Part shown: positions 32,547 through 40,860 of the stretch, in pieces | Layout of the letters: each line of letters begins with the position of its first letter | How positions within the stretch are numbered: the stretch's first letter is position 1 | IMG/VR virus record: IMGVR_UViG_3300037851_000100 | Location: 1-40,860 of that record | Reading direction: 5' to 3' (one strand) | Length of the DNA: 40,860 nucleotides | From: a virus | Lineage: Duplodnaviria > Caudoviricetes | Notes under the pieces: model-generated | Seen by the model: only the letters and a program-made list of their open reading frames with translations | What the model was told of the DNA's origin: nothing | The model's database searches: none | Translations under genes and position numbers: made by a program

Positions 32547-34165
32547 GGCGCGTACTCGGGTTCAAAGCTCGTGATCTCGCCGCGTTCCGACCGCACCACG
32601 CGGAGCCGACGCGGCACCGGCGGCGGTTGTTCGACGCGGACGTGCGCCACGGCGGCTGGTGTCTCTGGCGCATCTGGCGTAGCCGGCTCCTCCGGCGTTG
32701 GCGTCTTCCCCGATCCGCCCAGCTTCAGCCCGAGCCGTTCGGCCTCCGCCTGATCGCGCTGGATCTCGCGGTTCACCTGGTCCGGATTGAGCCCGCGCTC
32801 GCGGATGATCCGACTGCGGCTCTTGTAACCGCGGTCCTCGTCGATCTCGTTCGCCTGCGCTTCCTTCAGCGGATCGATCCACGGCATCGCCGGCATCGTG
32901 TGCGAGGCGTCATAGATCGTCGCCATGTCCACGCCCGCCGTCGGCAACAGACCCGCCGCGAGCGAGGCTTCGACAAACCCGTCCCACACCGGCTGGCAGA
33001 AGCGGTAGACAAAGCCAGACGTGACAGTCCGATAATGCCCGTACTGTTCGACCAGCTCCTGCCGCTGTGCCGAATACGTGCCGTTGTAATTCTTGCTCAG
33101 GCTCGAATAGCTCGTGCCGATGCCGCCGGCCGCGCTGCGTAGTTGCGAATCCCGAAACGGGATCAGCGCATTGTTCGGCCGGTTCGACCCGATGGACCCC
33201 ACCTCCTCGCCCGGATTCAGATCGTCGAAGATCATGCCCGGCGACATCTCCATCGTGCGCAACATGCGCTGCCCGGTCGCCGGATCGATCGGATGATCGC
33301 TCGGCTCGTAGATATCCGGCGTGCCCTTCTTGATGAACGCCGCCATCGCTGCCGCAACGCGAGCCGCCACGCGCTCCGACTCGTCGATTTCCTTGATGTC
33401 GTCAAAACGGTTGATGACCGAGGCGAACACCGAGATGCCGCGCACCTGGTGCAGCCGCTTGACGTGTTTTACGTGGATCATGCGGGCCGCCGGGATTCCC
33501 TTTGTGTCCAGCGTCACGAATTGTCCATTCGTGTCGCCAGGGTGCGACTTGTACACCCGGTACTCGGTTGGCTGTCCCCAGGCGTTCATCACCACGCCCT
33601 GCACCAGATTGCGCAGCGGATCGTTGAGATCCAGCGGCACGAAGTCCGGCTCGAGCAATTCGAGCGAGTACGGGACCCGCGTGTTGTGATCGAGCGAGGC
33701 GATCTTGCCCGTGATCCGCTGGCCGAACACCTCGCCATCCCGGAACGCCGTGCGCGCCGCGAGGCGTTGCAGCGCGTAGTAGTCGTGCTGCCGCGTGACC
33801 TCGGGACTGTGAATCCAGTCGTCCCACAGCGACAGCAAGCCGCGGTTGAACTCGTCCGCAGGCTCGCCGCCCTTGAGCAACACCTGCGGCTCCGGCGCGA
33901 TGCCGGTGCCGACCGTGTTATTGACCAGCACGTCCAATGCGCCGGCGGCGATGTCGAAGTTCTGCTCGAGGTGCCGCGCCTGCCGGCGCAGGTAGTCGGC
34001 CGCGCCCTGGTTCTGCGCATTGGCCGAGCGCGTATCCTTGCGCTCGCGTCGCAGTCGGGTGACCTCGGCGGCCTCGTAGTAGGCGAATGCGATCCGCGCA
34101 CGCGCACGCTGCGCGGCCCAACGCGGCGAGATCGCCTGAATGACGACGCGATCAAGCCAACTCAT
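32543..34165 (-). CDS. Portal protein, lambda family
   Basis: AYYEAA...DGEVF...LELLEPD...QVRGISVFA...GTYSAQRQELVE...MPWIDPLKEA. Confidence 0.96.
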   Translation of the reverse strand: MSWLDRVVIQAISPRWAAQRARARIAFAYYEAAEVTRLRRERKDTRSANAQNQGAADYLRRQARHLEQNFDIAAGALDVLVNNTVGTGIAPEPQVLLKGGEPADEFNRGLLSLWDDWIHSPEVTRQHDYYALQRLAARTAFRDGEVFGQRITGKIASLDHNTRVPYSLELLEPDFVPLDLNDPLRNLVQGVVMNAWGQPTEYRVYKSHPGDTNGQFVTLDTKGIPAARMIHVKHVKRLHQVRGISVFASVINRFDDIKEIDESERVAARVAAAMAAFIKKGTPDIYEPSDHPIDPATGQRMLRTMEMSPGMIFDDLNPGEEVGSIGSNRPNNALIPFRDSQLRSAAGGIGTSYSSLSKNYNGTYSAQRQELVEQYGHYRTVTSGFVYRFCQPVWDGFVEASLAAGLLPTAGVDMATIYDASHTMPAMPWIDPLKEAQANEIDEDRGYKSRSRIIRERGLNPDQVNREIQRDQAEAERLGLKLGGSGKTPTPEEPATPDAPETPAAVAHVRVEQPPPVPRRLRVVRSERGEITSFEPEYAP

Positions 34166-34395
34166 CGGCCGCCCCTGAAGTCCGCCACCGAGTAGCCATG
34201 CCGCGACAGCCCGGCCGCCTTGCGCGATAGCTCGTTGACCATGCGCGTCCAGTAGTTGATCGCGGCGGCCATCTCCTCCGCGCTCGCATAGGTCACGCTG
34301 CGTCCCGCAATCGACACGCTGCGGAAGTTCGACGCCTGCGCGGACAGCAGGGCGGAAAGCTGGGCCTGTGCCTGTTCAAGTGTGATTGCGCTCAT
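34162..34395 (-). CDS. Head completion protein (gpW-like)
   Basis: RSVSIAGRSVTYAS; between terL and portal. Confidence 0.75.
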   Translation of the reverse strand: MSAITLEQAQAQLSALLSAQASNFRSVSIAGRSVTYASAEEMAAAINYWTRMVNELSRKAAGLSRHGYSVADFRGGR

Positions 34396-36338
34396 CGTCT
34401 GAACCATGATCCTTTGCGTTGACCGACCCAGTGCTGCCGGGTCGGCTGTGGTATCGGGCGCGCCACCGCGGGTATTACAATCGGCGTGGCGTCAGAGATC
34501 GGCACTGCACGAGCGGGCGGCGCACTGATCGGCGCCGCAGTCCGCCGGCGCAACAGCTCCGCGCCACCACGGCCCTGCAACGCGCACCAGGCGTACACCG
34601 TGCAGTCGAGCGCCTCCTGACGGATGCCGCTCTGACGCGGCCGCCAGACCCTCACCCGTCGGCCCTGCGTGATGCGATGCACGACCGTCTCGCTGGTCAA
34701 CTGTTCGAGCCACTCCTCGTCGGCCGTGGCGTCGAAGTGGACGTAACCCGGCCCCGGCACGATCACCCGCTTGAGCCGCTGATACAGCACCTCTTTCGCG
34801 GTATCGACGCCAATCGGCCAGAGTTGCCCGTATTTCGCCTTGCTCGCCTTTTTCGGCCACGCCAGCCGCCCGGTGCCGGCCACGCCCTTGATGGCCCATA
34901 CCCGCGCCCGTTTCCGCGAGGCGCAGTACCGATACACCTGCTCCGTGTAGTGCCCGCCCGAATCCACCGCACAGGACTCGATCACCAACTCGCGGCCATC
35001 GTCGGTGCGCCAGCGCCTGCGCAGGATCTCGTCGTGTTCCTTCCACAGCGCAGCGCCGCCGGGGTCGCCCCTGAGCACGATGTGCTCAACGCGCCACGCT
35101 TCCTCGTCCTCGCCCCATCCCCAGACCGTCGTCTCGAGCCGGTCGTCCTGCGTGTCCGTGCCGGCGGTGAGCAGCAGCACGCCGGGCGGCAGGCTGTCGG
35201 CGGTGTAGCTTTCACGGCGAGCGAGCAGGCCCTGCGGCTCCAGCTTCTCGTCAGCGTCTTCCCAGGTCTCGCCGAGCGAGGTATTGATCCACGTCTGCAA
35301 GGTCTCCGGCAGCCGCTTGGCCTCCAGGAAGCCGACCGCCATCTCGGCCCAGGTGGACCACGGCGAATACAGTTCGCTCACATGGAAGCCGGCCGTCCCG
35401 GTAAATGGCTTCGACGAGCGCCATTCACCACGCGCCAGCATGTCCGGTTTGTCGGCGTCGGTCAGTTCCACGCCGCAGTGCTGGCAGACGTAGACGGCCT
35501 CCGCCGGCCGCCCCTCGGGCCAGCGCACGTTCGCCCAGATCAGGCGCTGAAACTCGTTGCAGTGCGGACACGGCACGAAGTAGTAGCGCTGGTCGGACTG
35601 CTCGAAGCCGACCTCGATGCGCGAACTACCCTTGATCGTCGGCGTCGATCCTGCCAGTACTTTGCGATTCCAGAAGGTGCGCGCCCGCTTGACTCCGAGA
35701 CTTACCGGATCGCCCTCCGTCCCGGCGCTGGTCGGGAAGCGATCCACCTCGTCGAACAGCACGATTCGGATCGGACGGCTCGCCAGACCAGCCGGCGAGT
35801 TAGCACCGGCTACGGTCAGGCGGCCCCCGGTAAACTGTTTATGAAGCAAGGTGTTGCCACTGTCGCGCGCCTTCGGGTCGGCGATCTTGCCGTGCAACGC
35901 CGGCGTATCGCGCAGCATCGGCGCGAAGCGATCCTTCGCCCACGCCTCGGCCATCTCCAACGTCGGCTGTACCAGCAGGATCGGCGACGGGTCCTGGTCG
36001 ACGAAGTAGCCGATGACGTTGTTCAGGATCTCAGTCCAACCGATCTGCGCGGATTTCTGGACCCAGATTTCCTTTATGGCCGGGTCCGAGACCGCGTCCA
36101 TGATCCCGCGCTGATACGGCGCCCTATCCGTCCGCCACTGGCCTGGCTCGGCGCTGCTTTCCGTTGAGAGCTTTCGCTCGCGGTCTGCCCACTCGCTCAC
36201 CGTCAGGATCGGCGGCGGCGCCCACGTCTTCGACACCTTCGCCAGTATCGCCGGTATGTCTGCTAGGACCGGATAGCTCGACGAGGGCTGCGTAAATTTC
36301 GGCGCGGATCGCGACCGTGATGACGTTTGCGTCTCCAA
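34392..36338 (-). CDS. terL: Terminase large subunit, lambda gpA family (true start may be slightly downstream)
   Basis: KSAQIGWTE Walker A, IVLFDEVD Walker B, STPT, CPHC/CQHC, DTQDDR, DSGG, EALDCTVY. Confidence 0.97.
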   Translation of the reverse strand: METQTSSRSRSAPKFTQPSSSYPVLADIPAILAKVSKTWAPPPILTVSEWADRERKLSTESSAEPGQWRTDRAPYQRGIMDAVSDPAIKEIWVQKSAQIGWTEILNNVIGYFVDQDPSPILLVQPTLEMAEAWAKDRFAPMLRDTPALHGKIADPKARDSGNTLLHKQFTGGRLTVAGANSPAGLASRPIRIVLFDEVDRFPTSAGTEGDPVSLGVKRARTFWNRKVLAGSTPTIKGSSRIEVGFEQSDQRYYFVPCPHCNEFQRLIWANVRWPEGRPAEAVYVCQHCGVELTDADKPDMLARGEWRSSKPFTGTAGFHVSELYSPWSTWAEMAVGFLEAKRLPETLQTWINTSLGETWEDADEKLEPQGLLARRESYTADSLPPGVLLLTAGTDTQDDRLETTVWGWGEDEEAWRVEHIVLRGDPGGAALWKEHDEILRRRWRTDDGRELVIESCAVDSGGHYTEQVYRYCASRKRARVWAIKGVAGTGRLAWPKKASKAKYGQLWPIGVDTAKEVLYQRLKRVIVPGPGYVHFDATADEEWLEQLTSETVVHRITQGRRVRVWRPRQSGIRQEALDCTVYAWCALQGRGGAELLRRRTAAPISAPPARAVPISDATPIVIPAVARPIPQPTRQHWVGQRKGSWFRR

Positions 36339-36684
36339 TGTTCACCAGCCTAGCCCCGAGTTTCGACGGCACCCCGAGCAGCTTCGCCCGGGCGTTCGCC
36401 ACGTAGTCCGTCCAGCGGCGCTCCGCCTCAACCATGTCGGCGAGCTGCCCACGGCGAACGGCGTTCTCATGCTCGACCTTTTCAGCCTGAGCGGCGGCCA
36501 GTCGCTGCCGCTGATCGTCGTATTCCTCGCCCCCCGTCACCTTCGCGACGTAGTACGCCACCAGCGCCGGACCGGGATAGGAGCTATCCTTGTTCCGCGG
36601 CGCGTCGTGCCAGTCCCGCAGCGCCCGAGTCGTTACCCCCAGCAGCGACGCCGCCTGCGTCTGTGTCAGTGCGCCTAAGTGCAT
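36124..36684 (-). CDS. terS: Terminase small subunit, Nu1-like
   Basis: LTQTQAASLLGVTTRALRDW HTH; RQRLAAAQAEKVEHENAVRRGQL. Confidence 0.9.
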   Translation of the reverse strand: MHLGALTQTQAASLLGVTTRALRDWHDAPRNKDSSYPGPALVAYYVAKVTGGEEYDDQRQRLAAAQAEKVEHENAVRRGQLADMVEAERRWTDYVANARAKLLGVPSKLGARLVNIGDANVITVAIRAEIYAALVELSGPSRHTGDTGEGVEDVGAAADPDGERVGRPRAKALNGKQRRARPVADG

Positions 36685-36714
36685 GATTCGGAAGGAAGCC
36701 TAGAGAGCCCTGGA

Positions 36715-36771
36715 ACTAGCAGATTTTCGCGGCTGCGGGACCCGAGGGCCCGACACCCGTCCGGAGTACCT
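36715..36771 (-). other. Putative cos site
   Basis: Just upstream of terS: AGGTACT-N21-GGGTCCCGCAGC-CGCGAAAATCTGCTAG, arranged like lambda cosQ-cosN (GGGTCCT...GGGCGGCGACCT-CGCGGGTTTTCGCTA). Confidence 0.65.
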
Positions 36772-36776
36772 TGGAC

Positions 36777-37295
36777 TCACTTCGCCAATGCTTTTAGCGC
36801 CCGCTCGAATTCGATTGGGAATCGCTCGCCCACTGTCTTTCGTATTGCGTCCAATGTGTGCTGTTTCACGAATTCCCTAGGTACGCTAGGCCCATGCACC
36901 GGCTCAATGGGCAACCTCAATTTGCCTACCCGCTTGAACACCGTGCGTCCCTTGTTCGCGATGAACGTACCCTTGTAGACCTTGCGTTTGCGCCATGCGT
37001 TAGCACTGACACCGCGCCTTGTCTGTCTGGCACTGAAGTGGATCAGGTTCGGTGCCCACGGCTTTGCAGAAAGAGTCGCCGTCAGCGTGTTCCGGTCCGC
37101 CTTTGCCAAAGGCACGTATCGCTTGACCTCGCTCACCTTCAGTCCCGTGACCTGGCTGATCTCACGGGCTGCGACCGCATGGGCAGTCGTGCCTACCCGA
37201 TTGAGGGCAGTAGCAGCAGCACGGTCCACGTTGCGAGGTATGGCATCGAGGGCCTTTAGGGCGCGATCCACGTCCACCTTGACGCTGACCTGCAT
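36777..37295 (-). CDS. Tail completion protein (gpZ-like)
   Basis: Basic; AAATALNRVG...FIA...VFKRVGKLRLPIEPVHGPSVP. Confidence 0.85.
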   Translation of the reverse strand: MQVSVKVDVDRALKALDAIPRNVDRAAATALNRVGTTAHAVAAREISQVTGLKVSEVKRYVPLAKADRNTLTATLSAKPWAPNLIHFSARQTRRGVSANAWRKRKVYKGTFIANKGRTVFKRVGKLRLPIEPVHGPSVPREFVKQHTLDAIRKTVGERFPIEFERALKALAK

Positions 37296-37615
37296 CAGGA
37301 CACGAAATCGTTATTTGGCACGACGTATTCGGCGAGCAGGGTCTTTTGGTCGTCTAGGCCGGCATTGGCCTGGATCGTGACCTGTTTTACCTCTGATGCG
37401 TTGGCCGGACTGACGATATTGTTCGCCGATCCCGGAATACCGAGAGTCAGCGGTGACGTGGTGGCTAGAGCCGTCCATGCGATGCGCTCGGTCCCAGTGG
37501 TCATGCAGTCCACGCGATAGCGCACCGTGGAGGGTGCAAAGGGCGCACCGAAGCCGTCCTTCCAGGTGACGGTTATCGTATGTCCGTCGCCCTCTTTGAC
37601 GATGATCGTTGCCAT
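37295..37615 (-). CDS. Fibre adaptor-like structural protein
   Basis: VKEGDGHTITVTWKDGFGAPFAPSTVRYRVD; TGATG coupled both sides. Confidence 0.7.
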   Translation of the reverse strand: MATIIVKEGDGHTITVTWKDGFGAPFAPSTVRYRVDCMTTGTERIAWTALATTSPLTLGIPGSANNIVSPANASEVKQVTIQANAGLDDQKTLLAEYVVPNNDFVS

Positions 37616-38874
37616 CAGTGATGCACCACAGTACTCATGTGCGGACGTTGCGTCAGGCTCGCCAGATGCGCGTACTGCGTGAGGTCGGACAAGTGCGGCC
37701 ACTGCTCGAAAACGGCATCGCTGATCCACTGGGGCGGCTGTACGCCGGCCACCACGCTGACCACGGCGTCGCCTTGCAGGTTGACCTGCAGGCTCAGGTA
37801 ACCGCCCGCCAGCGAGGCCGCGAGCGCGTCCCCGGACATGGCCAGCGCCACGGTCCACGATCCGCTCGCCTCAGCACTCGCCAAGGCCGAGCCGGTCAGC
37901 GGGATCACGATATCCAGTGCCGCAGACGCCGATGCGCCGGCCGTGACCTCGCCCTGCATCGGCGCGTCCAGATCCAGCGCGGCGCCGGCCTCACTCGCGG
38001 ACTCGGCAGTCCCAACAAGGTCCTTCGGGACGGACAGGTCGCCCGCAGCGCCTGCGCCACCAGTGGCAACGCCTGCCAGGTTGAGGATCAGCTCGAGCGA
38101 CGCCTCTGCCGCCAGCGCGGCGGCCGCGGCGCCCGACAGCGGCGTGACTTGCGTCAGTTCTCCGCTCGCCTCACTCCCGGCCACGGCAGCGCCCGATATG
38201 TCGGGCGCGAGGTCAAATCCCGCCGATGCGAGTGCAGACGCCACCGCATCGGCCGACAGGGTGACCGTAATCGCAATCTCACCATCGCCGCTGGTCGCGG
38301 ACACCGCCGCGCCGAGCAGGTTTACATCAGCGGAAAAGTCCCCGTCCGCCGTGGCGCCGACAATGGCCGCGCCCTCAAGCGAGACGGTGAGCGCCAGATC
38401 CCCGCTCGTGACCGTGGCCGAGGTCGCCGCGCCGGCGAGTGCGACCTCCTGACCGATTTCGGCGTCGGCGGTCGCGCCGGCCGTCGCATCGCCCGCGATC
38501 CCGATGGCCGCATCACCGAGTGCCGCCTCGGCCGTCGCGCCAGCTACCGCAGACCCGATCAGCGAAAGCGGCGGCAGCGTGCCCCCGCCGTTGATGACGA
38601 TGCCTTCGAGCGTGGCGCTCGCCTGGCCGCTGATCGTGGCGCCGCCGAACAGATCCTTGCTGGTCGGCTCGACGAGCAGGTTCCACGTCGGCTGCCCGTC
38701 CGTCAGGATCGGGAACCAGTTTGCGCCGACGCTGACCGGGCCTGACACATCGAGGCCAGCGGTCGCCGTGCCCGAGATCGTGGCCGCCCCCGCGAGCGCT
38801 TTGGCCTCCGGGTCTGCGAGCGCGTCCCAGGTCGGTTTCCCGTCGCTCAGGATCGGGAACCAGTGAGCGGCCAT
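37615..38874 (-). CDS. Ala/Gly ~20-aa repeat fibre protein, paralogous to 30335-32155
   Basis: GDLALTVSLEGAAIV vs GALSLTVTLEGAAIL; duplicated N-terminal WFPIL(S/T)DGxPTW unit. Confidence 0.75.
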   Translation of the reverse strand: MAAHWFPILSDGKPTWDALADPEAKALAGAATISGTATAGLDVSGPVSVGANWFPILTDGQPTWNLLVEPTSKDLFGGATISGQASATLEGIVINGGGTLPPLSLIGSAVAGATAEAALGDAAIGIAGDATAGATADAEIGQEVALAGAATSATVTSGDLALTVSLEGAAIVGATADGDFSADVNLLGAAVSATSGDGEIAITVTLSADAVASALASAGFDLAPDISGAAVAGSEASGELTQVTPLSGAAAAALAAEASLELILNLAGVATGGAGAAGDLSVPKDLVGTAESASEAGAALDLDAPMQGEVTAGASASAALDIVIPLTGSALASAEASGSWTVALAMSGDALAASLAGGYLSLQVNLQGDAVVSVVAGVQPPQWISDAVFEQWPHLSDLTQYAHLASLTQRPHMSTVVHH

Positions 38875-39396
38875 TTACGCCGTCTCGACGGGGAGCAGTC
38901 GCGCCTCCACGTAGCGGGAGCCATCCGCGGCATCGGCCTGGAAGCGGACCTTGTAGACCGTCCCGGCGACGCCGCTTTGGATCTTCTGACGCACCTCGGA
39001 TCCGTCCACCTGCACGGCGAACGTCCCGCCGTTGTCCACGGTGAGCGCCGCACCGTTGTCGTCCACCGACAGCACACCGGTCGAATCGCTCGCGACCGTC
39101 ACCCGCAGCGCCGTCGCCTCGGTCCCGCCGCCGGTCGTCGAGAGCGGTGCCGGGACGGTGACGAGATCGACGTTGCCGATGTTGTTATCGCCGGCCGGCA
39201 GGGCCGGGAGTCGCGTCACATCGACGTCAAGTCCGTTGGTGGCGTCGCCTGGAATGTCCGCCGCGGTCTTGGCGTCGTCCGACCCCGAGAATCCAACCAG
39301 GCCGACCACCTGGGCGTGGGCGGTATCACCCGAATACGTGACGGAGCGCGTCGCTGCGTTCCCGCTGGCGGCTGGCAAGGCAATGTTGTCGGCCAC
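38875..39396 (-). CDS. Fibre/adaptor structural protein
   Basis: LPAGDNNIGNVD beta-repeat segment and C-terminal GVAGTVYKVRFQADAADG. Confidence 0.7.
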   Translation of the reverse strand: MADNIALPAASGNAATRSVTYSGDTAHAQVVGLVGFSGSDDAKTAADIPGDATNGLDVDVTRLPALPAGDNNIGNVDLVTVPAPLSTTGGGTEATALRVTVASDSTGVLSVDDNGAALTVDNGGTFAVQVDGSEVRQKIQSGVAGTVYKVRFQADAADGSRYVEARLLPVETA

Positions 39397-39399
39397 GGG

Positions 39400-40476
39400 T
39401 TACTCCTCGATCACCGTGCAGGAGACGACACCCGTCTGATAGCTCGCGTTTTTGATCATGGCGACCGGCGTATCACTCGTGGTCAGTGCTGCGCCGCCGA
39501 ACTCGGTCACGGCCACTTTTAGCACGGCCGCGCCGCCTTCGAGACTCGACTCGAACGCTGCGCCGGTGAATTCGCCGATCTTCGGGCCGGTTATATTTCC
39601 TCCGCTCGGAGCTTCAAATACGACGCCGGCGATGTCGACATCGGACTGTGCGCTGGAATGGACAAGCATCTTGATCTTCTTAACAGATGTGGCGAGGAAC
39701 TGCCACGGATCGGCATATAGCTCCGATATAAACGTGTTATCCCACGCCGTCGTCGGGTTGGCGACATCCTTATAGATGAATACCGCCGCTATTTTCCCGT
39801 TGAACTCGTTGCCGAGCGATGATCCCGCCGAGTCGCCAATACAGATACGATTCATGTTCCACAGGGCGGCGTCTGCGGTAATCGTATAACTCGTCGTAGC
39901 CCACGCACTGCCGTCGAGCGATATACCAGCCTGTATATTAGTTGATGTCGTCTCGACTATCCGCGCAGCGCCCATGTGCCATGCCTGATCATAAATCGAC
40001 GCAGAGTTAGCGCGTGAGGCAGCGGCGATGGCGCTGTCGTCGTATACGCCTGTCAAATACCCGTCCGTAATTCGTCCGCGCAGCACTATGAAATCGGTAC
40101 TGTTGTCATTTTTGCCGAGAGCAACGATGTGCTGGTTACCACTAGGCGGCGTGGCATTCGTCGTCTTGAAAATAGCCACAATCAGCACATTACCGAGCGT
40201 TGTCCCGCCCCCCGCTAGGGTCAGGTTCGTGGCCGAGCGTGCATAGTCGCCTGTGCCATCAAACGTCAGTATCGGAGACGTGCCGCCCCCTGCGGTGAGG
40301 TCGTCCGTGCCCCAAGTCGCGTTCGTGATCGTGAGGTTGAGCCCTCCGGTCTTGCCGCGATCCGTCAGCGTGGAACCGGAAGCCTCGTCTATCAGGTATA
40401 GATGGTCTGGACACTTCGCATGAGCGGTGTTGACCGTGTATACGCCACTAGCAAATTTTTCTGCAAATGACGCCAT
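39400..40476 (-). CDS. LamG/concanavalin A-like lectin domain protein
   Basis: LIDEASGSTLTD...LTFDGTGDY...DQAWHMGA...ISLDG...ICIGD...FNGKIAAVFIY. Confidence 0.85.
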   Translation of the reverse strand: MASFAEKFASGVYTVNTAHAKCPDHLYLIDEASGSTLTDRGKTGGLNLTITNATWGTDDLTAGGGTSPILTFDGTGDYARSATNLTLAGGGTTLGNVLIVAIFKTTNATPPSGNQHIVALGKNDNSTDFIVLRGRITDGYLTGVYDDSAIAAASRANSASIYDQAWHMGAARIVETTSTNIQAGISLDGSAWATTSYTITADAALWNMNRICIGDSAGSSLGNEFNGKIAAVFIYKDVANPTTAWDNTFISELYADPWQFLATSVKKIKMLVHSSAQSDVDIAGVVFEAPSGGNITGPKIGEFTGAAFESSLEGGAAVLKVAVTEFGGAALTTSDTPVAMIKNASYQTGVVSCTVIEE

Positions 40477-40479
40477 TTG

Positions 40480-40860
40480 TTATCCCCAGAGTGTCTTATA
40501 CGTTTGCGCCGCGTTGAATACTGGCCCGGTCGTCGGGGGATACTGGTATGTAACATTCGTCCGTGTAGCCATGTTGGTAGACGAACTAACAAGGTAGCCG
40601 TCCCACCACACGATGTCTTTGTTGTCGTTGAGGAAATTGAACATCTTGGTTAGGAAATACGCAGGATGCTTTGACGCAGGCAAGCTGCCTTCCGAAACAT
40701 ACTGAATGCCCCACTCACTGATTCCAAATCCCTTTCCTTTTGCTCTGGCCCAGTCACACGCCTCCTGTAATCCTGTCTCGTTTTGATTGACCGGTGGATT
40801 TAGATGCAGGTAATTCCATGTGTTGTCATCAACAACCGACGTAGCCTCTGATCCGTAACA
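40480..40860 (-). CDS. C-terminal part of a GH26-like (clan GH-A) glycoside hydrolase; enters from right end
   Basis: Frame open to 40860: ...GLQEACDWARAKGKGFGISEWGI...PAYFLTKMFNFLNDN...AAQTYKTLWG; SEWG nucleophile motif. Confidence 0.75.
   Translation of the reverse strand, partial: CYGSEATSVVDDNTWNYLHLNPPVNQNETGLQEACDWARAKGKGFGISEWGIQYVSEGSLPASKHPAYFLTKMFNFLNDNKDIVWWDGYLVSSSTNMATRTNVTYQYPPTTGPVFNAAQTYKTLWG

Larger units (their letters stand above)
1..40860. mobile_element. Near-complete lambda-like temperate siphophage genome, excised/circular form
   Basis: Complete head, tail, lysis, replication, immunity and integration modules; no host genes; attP internal; ends fall in what appears to be one gene. 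Confidence 0.93.

Noticed and set aside
18456-36167. Long plus-strand ORFs (18456-20429, 23704-25257, 33143-34195, 34419-36167)
   Set aside because: Arg/Ala-rich antisense shadows of structural genes in GC-rich DNA

Overview
The window is almost the whole genome (~41 kb, GC-rich) of a lambda-like, cos-type temperate siphophage of a Gram-negative host, in its excised form: an intact attP (3' half of tRNA-Thr(CGT) flanked by arm-type repeats) lies mid-window, and the two window ends look like the two halves of one glycoside-hydrolase gene. The late operon runs on the minus strand from ~2574 through the ends to ~16863: fibre/adhesin module, gpZ, cos, terminase, portal, Clp-capsid fusion, tail, lysis. 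Replication and immunity (Q-like, VRR-NUC, P, O, cro, cI, operators) occupy 2.8-6.6 kb, and an early rightward operon (bet, nucleases, small genes, xis, int) 6.6-13 kb. Most unusual: (i) a 3.6-kb patchwork beside attP of satellite-like control fragments (three extra xis/AlpA-like genes with RBS-occluding hairpins, two antisense-RNA-like units, two iteron clusters, a truncated gpZ paralogue) with no integrase or primase of its own; (ii) a fibre module split over several loci whose first subunit has a Sec signal peptide and sits next to a lipoprotein. Product calls are from motif recognition and synteny only; no searches were run.
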